From the NCBI GenBank assembly GCA_031256975.1, contig JAIRPN010000014.1:30957-94956 (forward strand): a stretch of DNA of 64,000 bases, written 5' to 3'. Positions 39,915 to 49,026 of this stretch are shown piece after piece (the stretch's first letter is position 1; each line of letters opens with the position of its first letter). A model generated the notes under the pieces. That model was not told the origin of the DNA. It was given only the letters and a program-made list of their open reading frames with translations, and ran no database searches. The translations under genes were made by a program, and so were the position numbers. The DNA is from Verrucomicrobiales bacterium (lineage in GTDB: Bacteria > Verrucomicrobiota > Verrucomicrobiia > Methylacidiphilales > JAAUTS01).

Positions 39915-41726
39915 ATGAAAAAGACCGCGATCATCTTCGTGCTGGCGATTTTTCTGCCGACGGTGGTGCTGGGAGTGCTGGCCTTGCAGGCGGCGCGCCA
40001 GCAGCGGGCCTTGTTGCAGAATCAGCAGGCGCAGCTCTGGCAGCAGAATGTCGACAATCTCGCCACGCAAATCGATCTGGCCGTCCGCATCGAGCAGGAG
40101 AATTTTGTCAAGGCGGTGAACACGCTAACGACCATTCCCGGTTTTTCCGTGGGCAAGATGGATGATTGGTCGTGGTACGGGAAGGGCGAATTGTTCGTCA
40201 TTGGCGCCGACGGGGAGTTTTTATCGCCGGCGGCGAAGGAAAAAACAAAATTCAGTGATGCGGACGCATTTTTGACCGGTCGTGTGGCGGCGGAGGTTTA
40301 TCAGGCGGAGCCAGCGGCCTTGAAGGATGTGCAGCAGAATTTGCAGGTACGCAACGCGGCGAGCCAGAACGCGATGGTGACAGCGGAGGCTGCGCCACAG
40401 GCGGCCATGGCTCCGGTGGAGAACATGAAAATGGCGGATGCCGCGAAACTGGACGCCAATGACGAAGTCCGCCAATCCTCGATGAAGGCCCTGCGCAAGG
40501 TTGCTCCCCAGGTGGAAACGAAAATGAAGTCGGATTTGTCATTAGCGCCGCAGTTTTCCAAGGTGGAACGGTCGCGTTTCGACGAGTTGGTGAAAGGGAA
40601 AAGCAATGGCATCATTTCGCGTTACGTTGACGACCGGCTGGAAGTGCTGTTCTGGACGCGACAGGAAAAGTTTCCGGGAGTGATTTTTGGCGTGCGTTTG
40701 ACGGCGGAGGATTTGCGTGGGGCGATCAACCAGCCTTTGCGTGATTTCGCGGTTAGCGACCCGAATTTGCTGGTGACGGTATTGGACGACCGGGCGAAAC
40801 CGTTTACGGAGACACGGCGCAAGATGAATTGGTCGCGGCCCTTCGTGGCGGCGGAAATCGGCGATGTACTGCCGCATTGGGAAGTGGCGGCGTATTTGCT
40901 GGATGCGGAGAATCTGACCCGATCGGCACGGCTGACGTCGTGGACGCTAATGGCGATCATCGGGCTGTCGCTGATGACCATCGCGTTTGGTGGCTGGCTG
41001 GTGGCCAGGGACACGCGACGGCAGTTGGAGTTGGTGCGGAAGAAGACGGATTTTGTCTCCAATGTGTCGCATGAATTAAAGACACCGCTAACGTCGATCC
41101 GGATGTTTGCGGAATTGTTGCAGCAGGGACGGGTGCAGGAGCCGGAAAAGGTATCGCGTTATTTGCGAATCATCACGGCGGAGGCGGAGCGATTGACGAG
41201 GTTGATTAACAACGTGCTGGATTTTTCGCGGTCGGAGCGAAAGAAGAAGGTTTATCATATGGCGGAATTGGATTTGCACGCGGTGATTCGTGCCGTGTGG
41301 GAAAATTTGGAACTGCATTTGCGGGAGCAGGGTTTCGCGGCTGCCTGGCATGAACAGGACGGGGTGTATCCGGTGCATGGGGATGCGGATGCGCTGGCGC
41401 AGGTGCTGGTGAATTTATTGTCGAATGCGGAGAAATATTCGCCGGAGCGGAAGGAGATCGAATTGCACACCTATACCGCCAATGGCGAGATCATGATTAG
41501 CGTGCTGGATCGCGGCATGGGGGTGCCTGCCGGGGATGAGCGGAAGATTTTCGAGCAGTTTTACCGCGCGCATGATTCGCTGGCGAACGGGATCGGCGGG
41601 TCCGGGCTGGGGTTGACGCTGGCGGTGCAGATTGCGGAGGCGCATGGTGGCAGGATTACATATGAGCGGCGCAGGGATGGCGGGTCGAATTTCACGCTGC
41701 GATTGCCGCTAATGACGAAAGGTTGA
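39915..41726 (+). CDS. Sensor histidine kinase (two TM helices, large periplasmic domain, HisKA + HATPase_c)
   Basis: 603 aa with H-box FVSNVSHELKTPLTSI, N-box LLSNAEKYS, and G-boxes DRGMGVP and GSGLGL. Confidence 0.85.
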   Translation: MKKTAIIFVLAIFLPTVVLGVLALQAARQQRALLQNQQAQLWQQNVDNLATQIDLAVRIEQENFVKAVNTLTTIPGFSVGKMDDWSWYGKGELFVIGADGEFLSPAAKEKTKFSDADAFLTGRVAAEVYQAEPAALKDVQQNLQVRNAASQNAMVTAEAAPQAAMAPVENMKMADAAKLDANDEVRQSSMKALRKVAPQVETKMKSDLSLAPQFSKVERSRFDELVKGKSNGIISRYVDDRLEVLFWTRQEKFPGVIFGVRLTAEDLRGAINQPLRDFAVSDPNLLVTVLDDRAKPFTETRRKMNWSRPFVAAEIGDVLPHWEVAAYLLDAENLTRSARLTSWTLMAIIGLSLMTIAFGGWLVARDTRRQLELVRKKTDFVSNVSHELKTPLTSIRMFAELLQQGRVQEPEKVSRYLRIITAEAERLTRLINNVLDFSRSERKKKVYHMAELDLHAVIRAVWENLELHLREQGFAAAWHEQDGVYPVHGDADALAQVLVNLLSNAEKYSPERKEIELHTYTANGEIMISVLDRGMGVPAGDERKIFEQFYRAHDSLANGIGGSGLGLTLAVQIAEAHGGRITYERRRDGGSNFTLRLPLMTKG

Positions 41727-41729
41727 GCG

Positions 41730-42428
41730 ATGAAGAAGCATATTTTGGTGGTGGAGGATGATTCGCATATCCGCATGGGTATCGTGGAAACCCTGTTGTC
41801 GGAAAACTTCGCGGTTAGCGAGGTGGGTGACGGACGGCAGGTGGCGGCGTTGGTGCGTGAACGGAAACCGGATTTGATTTTGCTGGATATCATGTTGCCG
41901 GGAAAAAGCGGTTATGATGTGTGCCGTGAGTTGCGGCAGAACAAGGTGCTGACGCCGGTCATTATGCTGACGGCCAAGGGGCAGGAAATCGACAAGGTGG
42001 TGGGCCTGGAGTTGGGTGCGGATGATTATGTGACCAAGCCGTTCGGGGTGCGTGAATTGGTGGCGCGGATCCAGGCGGTGTTGCGCCGGACGCAGGGCGC
42101 TAATGACGAAACCGGATTGGCGATTCCGAAGTCGATTGAATTCGGCAAGGTGAGGATCGACACGGCATCGTTGCGCGGGTGTCGCGGGAAAGAGGCGATG
42201 GAATTGTCACCGCGTGAGTTGAAAGTGCTGGCATTGTTATTTCAGGAACGGGGCAAGGTGGTGTCGCGGGATGCCTTGTTGAACAAAGTCTGGGGGATGG
42301 AATATTACGGAACCACGCGGACGCTGGACCAGGTGATTGTCAAATTACGCCAGAAGATCGAGGACAGACCGGAAGAGCCGAAACACTTGCAAACAGTGTA
42401 CGGAATGGGATATCGGCTGGATGTATGA
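41730..42428 (+). CDS. OmpR/PhoB-family response regulator
   Basis: 232 aa. Receiver domain (DD...D LILLDIMLPG...K) plus a winged-helix Trans_reg_C (LDQVIVKLRQKIE...VYGMGYRL). Confidence 0.9.
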   Translation: MKKHILVVEDDSHIRMGIVETLLSENFAVSEVGDGRQVAALVRERKPDLILLDIMLPGKSGYDVCRELRQNKVLTPVIMLTAKGQEIDKVVGLELGADDYVTKPFGVRELVARIQAVLRRTQGANDETGLAIPKSIEFGKVRIDTASLRGCRGKEAMELSPRELKVLALLFQERGKVVSRDALLNKVWGMEYYGTTRTLDQVIVKLRQKIEDRPEEPKHLQTVYGMGYRLDV

Positions 42429-42433
42429 ATTTG

Positions 42434-42465
42434 GCCGCTAATGGCGATTTCTCACCATTAGCGGC
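42434..42465. repeat. Perfect 11-bp inverted repeat (GCCGCTAATGG / CCATTAGCGGC) between convergent stop codons
   Basis: Left arm 42434-42444, loop CGATTTCTCA, right arm 42455-42465. Sits between the response-regulator stop (42428) and the ilvB stop (42474). Both arms are copies of the window-wide CGCTAAY motif. No flanking U-tract. Confidence 0.7.
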
Positions 42466-42473
42466 TCAATGGA

Positions 42474-44285
<1,812 letters not shown>

Positions 44286-44318
44286 TTTGGTTTTCAGTTT
44301 AACCGGAAGATCGGGGCA

Positions 44319-44351
44319 ATAAAAAACCCACGACCTGCTCAGCCGTGGGTT
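44319..44351 (-). terminator. Intrinsic terminator / attenuator hairpin in the ilvB leader
   Basis: The minus strand reads AACCCACG-GCTGAGCAGGT-CGTGGGTT followed by TTTTAT. The 8-bp stem is 44351-44344 / 44332-44325, giving a run of six T in total. It lies 34 nt upstream of the ilvB ATG. Confidence 0.7.
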
Positions 44352-44371
44352 GGAGATTGGTTGCTTTTTTA

Positions 44372-44452
44372 TCAGGCACAAAGCTCCACCGCGGCCGAGT
44401 CGCTAACGACGACTACCGATATGGTGACAAGCTGTACGAGTACCTGATTCAT
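44372..44452 (-). CDS. Putative ilv leader peptide (26 aa, Val/Leu/Ile-rich)
   Basis: Manual translation of the minus strand from the ATG at 44452 gives [26 protein letters not shown]. It has 8 Val, 3 Leu and 1 Ile, including a VVVV run, and ends 21 nt before the terminator stem. Confidence 0.55.
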   Translation of the reverse strand: MNQVLVQLVTISVVVVSDSAAVELCA

Positions 44453-44462
44453 TTAAAGCCTG

Positions 44463-44491
44463 ACTATATTACGATGGGAAAACCGTGTCAA
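44463..44491 (-). promoter_or_regulatory. Sigma70-like promoter for the ilvB leader
   Basis: The minus strand reads TTGACA (44491-44486), a 17-nt spacer, then TATAGT (44468-44463). It lies just downstream of the malic-enzyme stop. Confidence 0.5.
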
Positions 44492-44534
44492 ATCCTAAAG
44501 ATCACCGTTAGCGCTTCCGCTTGGCGAACTGGAA

Positions 44535-46196
44535 TCACAGGTAATCCTGATAGACCGGTTCAAACACCTGCGACTTGATGTCGGCGACCAGGTCCTTCGG
44601 GCGTTCACGCCGGGCCAAGCCCTTGTCATAGGCCTCCTCGGCGACTGCCGCCGCGATCTGGATCGAGATCGAACGGATCGAGTTGAGGTGTGGATAAATC
44701 CGGCCGTGGGCAAGATCGTCTTCGTTGACCTGTGCCGCCAAGGTTCTCGCCGCGGCAAGGAACATCGAGTCGGTCACGGTCGCGGACTGGCTGGCCAGTG
44801 CGCCAAGGCCGACACCGGGGAAGATGTAGACGTTGTTGCCTTGTCCGGGAACGAAGGTCTTGCCATTGTACTCCACCGGAGCGAAGGGGCTGCCGCTGGC
44901 GAAAACGGCCTTGCCCTTGGTGGCGAGATAGGCCTCCTCGGCGGTGCATTCGGCCTTGGAGGTGGGATTTGACAAGGCGAAGATAATCGGGCGTTCATTG
45001 TATGCCGCCATCTTTTCCAGGATATCCTTGGTGAAGGTCGGGCCGACACCCGCGACGCCGATGATCGCGGTGGGCTTGATTTGTTCCACCGCCTCGGCGA
45101 AGGTCTTGACGTATTTGCCGTCCTGCGCGAAGGCTTGCTTGTGCGCCGATAATTTGTCGCCGCGATTCTTGACTAGGAGTCCCTTGGAATCGACAAACCA
45201 GCAACGTTTGCGGGCGTCGGTCTCGGAAACTCCTTCTTCCCGGAGTGCGCTGACGAAATATTCACCAATGCCGGTGCCCGCTTCTCCCGCGCCGAAGAAC
45301 AACAGGGTCTGTTCCTTCAGGGGTTTGCCGGTTAGCCGTGTTGCCGAGATCAATCCGGCCAATGCCACCGCCGCGGTGCCCTGGATATCATCATTGAAGC
45401 AGCAGGCTTTGTTCTGGTATTTGTGCAGCAGGGAGAAAGCATTGTTGTTGCCGAAGTCTTCGAATTGCACCAGGGCTTTCGGAAACACTTCCTTCATCGC
45501 CTGCATGAATTCCTCGATGAATTCTTCATAAGCGGCACCGCGCACGCGTTTCTGTTGCAGGCCGATGTACAGCGGATCGCTGAGCAATTTCTCATTGTCG
45601 GTGCCGACATCGAGGCAGATCGGCAGGCAGTAATAGGGATGAATGCCGGCGCAGGCGGTGTACAAGGCCAGCTTGCCGATCGGGATGCCCATGCCGAGCG
45701 CGCCAAGGTCGCCAAGACCCAGGATGCGTTCGCCGTCGGTGACCACGATGATGCGGGCATCCTTGTTGGTCCAGTTGCGCAATACCTCGGCGATGCGGCC
45801 CTTGTCACGGATGTTGATCCACAAACCGCGCGGCTGGCGGAAAATGCTGCCGTATTCCAGGCAGGCTTCTCCCACGGTTGGGGTGTAGATGATTGGCATC
45901 ATCTCCTCGATATGATTGAGGAGCAGGCGGTAAAACAGGGTTTCGTTGCGGTTTTGCAGCGTGGTCAGGAAAATATATTTTTCCAGCGCGGAGTTTTTCC
46001 GGCGGAACTGGATCAGCGAGCGTTCCGCCTGTTCCTGCATGTTGAAAATGCGGGGCGGCAGCAGGCCGCGCAGGCGCAGGATGTCGCGTTCCCGTTCGGA
46101 GAAGGCGGTGAGCTTGTTCAACAAAGGGCTGTTGAGCAGTGACGCACCAGTGGGAAGATCCCGGCGCCCAAAAGGCAAGAGAGGGTCGTGATTCAT
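44535..46196 (-). CDS. NAD(P)-dependent malic enzyme (oxaloacetate-decarboxylating)
   Basis: 553 aa with a full-length malic enzyme architecture: N-terminal LLNKLTAFSERERD, IYTPTVGEAC, and dinucleotide fold FFGAGEAGTGIG. Confidence 0.9.
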   Translation of the reverse strand: MNHDPLLPFGRRDLPTGASLLNSPLLNKLTAFSERERDILRLRGLLPPRIFNMQEQAERSLIQFRRKNSALEKYIFLTTLQNRNETLFYRLLLNHIEEMMPIIYTPTVGEACLEYGSIFRQPRGLWINIRDKGRIAEVLRNWTNKDARIIVVTDGERILGLGDLGALGMGIPIGKLALYTACAGIHPYYCLPICLDVGTDNEKLLSDPLYIGLQQKRVRGAAYEEFIEEFMQAMKEVFPKALVQFEDFGNNNAFSLLHKYQNKACCFNDDIQGTAAVALAGLISATRLTGKPLKEQTLLFFGAGEAGTGIGEYFVSALREEGVSETDARKRCWFVDSKGLLVKNRGDKLSAHKQAFAQDGKYVKTFAEAVEQIKPTAIIGVAGVGPTFTKDILEKMAAYNERPIIFALSNPTSKAECTAEEAYLATKGKAVFASGSPFAPVEYNGKTFVPGQGNNVYIFPGVGLGALASQSATVTDSMFLAAARTLAAQVNEDDLAHGRIYPHLNSIRSISIQIAAAVAEEAYDKGLARRERPKDLVADIKSQVFEPVYQDYL

Positions 46197-46346
46197 GATA
46201 GTATAGAATCGTTTATTTTGGACTAATAATCAATCTTGCATTCAGGAAAACATTTAATAATAAGATTATCTTATCTATAAGGTTAGCGTGAAGGATGGTT
46301 TTATTTGCGTGCGTTTTGAAAATTACAAATTAAACATGATTCTCTT

Positions 46347-47216
46347 ATGCAGACACCACTTCGGATCGAGATCCCGCCTTTTCCTTATGGCAAAAGAATT
46401 GCCGTGACTCTGAGCTTTGATGACGGGCATACCTTTGACCGCCGGACAGTGGAGGCATTTAACCGCTGGGGTTTGAAAGCTACTTTCAACCTCAATTCCG
46501 GCACCCTGGGACGCAGCGGAATCAAGCCGGCCGACGGAGAATGGAAGCCGATTGATGCCAGCGAGGTGGCGGATTTGTATCGTGGGCATGAGGTTGCCAT
46601 CCATACCGTTTCCCACCCGTGGCTGCAAAAATTGGATGCCTCGCAGATTGCCACTGAGGTGCTTGAGGATCGCAAGGCGCTGGAAGATTTGGTTGGTTAC
46701 CCGGTGCGGGGAATGGCCTATCCCTTCGGGGGTTACAACCAGCAAGTCATTGATATTTTGCGCGGTTTGGGGGTGGTCTATTGCCGGACCGTAGAAAGCG
46801 CCGAATGGTGTTTCCCGCCAAAGGAGCCCCTGGCGTGGGCGGCGACAGCGCATCAATATGCCGAGAACCCAACCGTGCCGGAGCGTTTCGAGAAAATCTA
46901 CGCCAATGCCCGTTATAACGGTGTGTTTTTTATCTGGGGCCACAGCTTTGAATTTCACCAGCGCAACGACTGGGAGGGACTGGAGCGCATATTCAAGCCC
47001 TTATCCGGCAAGCCGGATGTCTGGTATTGCACGAATATCGAATTGTTCGACTACGAGGCAGCCCGGCGCCGGCTGGTTATCGCCGCCAACCGTAAAAGTG
47101 TCTGCAATCCAAGTGCCCTGCCCGTGGATATCAGTGTGGATGGCAAACTGATGGCCATTCCCGGTGGACAACTGGTTTCCTTGGCTGAAGAAGGAAGTGC
47201 CCCGGCTAGGACTTGA
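46347..47216 (+). CDS. Polysaccharide deacetylase (NodB-homology, CE4-like) family protein
   Basis: 289 aa with VTLSFDDGH...TFNL and HTVSHPWL motifs (the Asp-Asp and His-His metal/catalytic triads of CE4). Confidence 0.75.
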   Translation: MQTPLRIEIPPFPYGKRIAVTLSFDDGHTFDRRTVEAFNRWGLKATFNLNSGTLGRSGIKPADGEWKPIDASEVADLYRGHEVAIHTVSHPWLQKLDASQIATEVLEDRKALEDLVGYPVRGMAYPFGGYNQQVIDILRGLGVVYCRTVESAEWCFPPKEPLAWAATAHQYAENPTVPERFEKIYANARYNGVFFIWGHSFEFHQRNDWEGLERIFKPLSGKPDVWYCTNIELFDYEAARRRLVIAANRKSVCNPSALPVDISVDGKLMAIPGGQLVSLAEEGSAPART

Positions 47217-47269
47217 ACCTAGAACCAATTGATTAAGAGTCAACTGCTCTGCCATTGAGCTACCGAGGC
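47198..47269 (-). tRNA. tRNA-Lys (anticodon CTT)
   Basis: The minus strand reads GCCTCGGTAGCTCAATGGCAGAGCAGTTGACTCTTAATCAATTGGTTCTAGGTTCAAGTCCTAGCCGGGGCA. It has a 7-bp acceptor stem (one G-U), D and T arms (GGTTCAAGTCC) and anticodon loop CT-CTT-AA. No CCA is encoded. Confidence 0.9.
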
Positions 47270-47390
47270 GAAAGAGTCGAAGATATTACCTGAAATTATC
47301 CTTGAATTGCAAGAGGCAATTTGAATGAAAAATTCAAATCAGCTGAAGGTTTGAGATCCCCGTATTATCGAGCCAGATCAAGGCTTGCAG

Positions 47391-48635
47391 TTAAGCGGAG
47401 ATCGATTGTAGTTCCGGTGTTATCGTCCCATTGGAGATATTATTCGGTTTGAGATTGTCGACGCTGATGCGCAGGTTGAAATCGAGCAGGGTTTTTTCGA
47501 AGGCGCTGTCAATTTTTCCCCGGCCGCCGCAAGTGGCGCGAACGATCAATTCGAGCGGTGCGGGATGGGTGGCCTGCGCGACTTCACCCTTGGCCAGGGC
47601 GAGTGAACTCTTGAGCATCCAGTGGCCGATGTGATCAAAGGGCTGCTGGACCGTGCTAAGCGGGGGATCGCTGTAGTGGCTGGCGTCGGCATTATTATAA
47701 CCGAGGATGACATAATCCTTGGGTGCGCTGAGGCCGATTTTATGCATGGCGGTCATCAGGCGCAAGGCATGTTCGTCGTCATAGCTGATGATGGCGAGAT
47801 CTCCCCGGTATTCTTTCCAGCGGTCAGCCAGTTGATCGATGGAATTGGCGTTGGGGCTGACCAAGCCGCAGAGTGTCGGCAGGTTTTCCCGCGACATGTG
47901 GCAGGAATAGGCGCCGAGTTTTTGTTGGAAGACCGTGTCGCCGGGATTGTCCGGGCCCAGGAATGCGATGCGCTGATGACCCAGTTTGGCGAAGTAACGG
48001 CATAATCCCTCGGTGCCGGATAATAGCGTAGAACCAAACAAATGGGCGGCTTCGAAGCAATTCTTCTCCAGTCCCGGGATTAGCATGGGCAGGCTGACCG
48101 GCAAGGGGCAACGATGGATAAACGCGCGTACTTGATCGGTCATCTCAAAGGGGAACCAGGGCAGGGTCAGGGCTGTACAACCCTCTTTCACCAGCATTTC
48201 TGCCTGGCGCAGACTGCTGTCCGAAAAATCGCGCACCCAGCAGGAACGCAGGTCGATTTTTTGCTCCATGGCGACATGCGCGATGGCTTGCAGCACGGCG
48301 AACGCATAAGCGTTGCTCTTTTGATAGACCAATACGCCGACACGGTTTTCACTGGGAGGCAAATCGCCGTTGCTGTTGATCGGGCGGATTTTTTCGGTAA
48401 CGAAAGTGCCGCTGCCCGTCCTGCGCACAATCAACCCGTCATCGACCAGGGGCTTTAAAGCCTTGCGGATGGTCAGGAAGTTGCATTGGTAATCAATTGC
48501 CAAATCACGTTCCGCAGGCAGTTTGGCTCCCGGCGGAAGGGTTTTCACCAGCTGGCGCAACTCTTCCTCGACCTGTTTATACTTAAGTCGCTTGATCTTC
48601 AAAATATCTTGTTCTTTCTTTTGCAACTCTAGCAC
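47391..48635 (-). CDS. Transcriptional regulator: GntR-type wHTH fused to a LacI/PBP1-type sugar-binding domain
   Basis: 414 aa. N-terminal KLPAERDLAIDYQCNFLTIRKALKPLVDDGLIVRRTGSGTFV, followed by a periplasmic-binding-protein-like core (VGVLVYQ...). The apparent start is GTG. Confidence 0.75.
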   Translation of the reverse strand: MLELQKKEQDILKIKRLKYKQVEEELRQLVKTLPPGAKLPAERDLAIDYQCNFLTIRKALKPLVDDGLIVRRTGSGTFVTEKIRPINSNGDLPPSENRVGVLVYQKSNAYAFAVLQAIAHVAMEQKIDLRSCWVRDFSDSSLRQAEMLVKEGCTALTLPWFPFEMTDQVRAFIHRCPLPVSLPMLIPGLEKNCFEAAHLFGSTLLSGTEGLCRYFAKLGHQRIAFLGPDNPGDTVFQQKLGAYSCHMSRENLPTLCGLVSPNANSIDQLADRWKEYRGDLAIISYDDEHALRLMTAMHKIGLSAPKDYVILGYNNADASHYSDPPLSTVQQPFDHIGHWMLKSSLALAKGEVAQATHPAPLELIVRATCGGRGKIDSAFEKTLLDFNLRISVDNLKPNNISNGTITPELQSISA

Positions 48636-49026
48636 TGTCCATAGCCAAAGTAAAGCATATAGCGATTTTTTATAAATTAGCGGGTTTAAACACTTTATGA
48701 AACAGTTTTTAGTAGAGGATGCAAAACAGGTTCTTATATAAGTCAGTTAATAATTAAAATTATAATCTATCTTATAACTAAGAAAATTATATGTGGAATA
48801 AGTATTAAAAACGAGAATTTAAATGCTATATAATAATACCCAAAAACAGGAATTAATTGCTATATCAATAGAGAGTATATTTTAACTAAAATAACCAATT
48901 GTGACCTTTGTATAAGAGTAAATTGGGGTTTGGGGAATGACGGATTAACTATAGCCATTGTCAATAAAGTGCTTGACTAGCTTTTTGTGTACGGTAAAAA
49001 AGTAGTAATTAAACCAAGAGGAACCG

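Noticed and set aside
44286-44381. N-terminal extension of the ilvB ORF ([32 protein letters not shown]...).
   Set aside because: The extension contains the stem-loop and T-run of an intrinsic terminator and follows a BCAA-rich leader ORF. The ATG at 44285 gives a normal-length N-terminus before the conserved [14 protein letters not shown] block.
47001-47255. 84-aa ORF on the minus strand (MAEQLTLNQLVLGSSPSRG...).
   Set aside because: It is read through the tRNA-Lys gene and the antisense strand of the deacetylase 3' end. It is a tRNA translation artefact.
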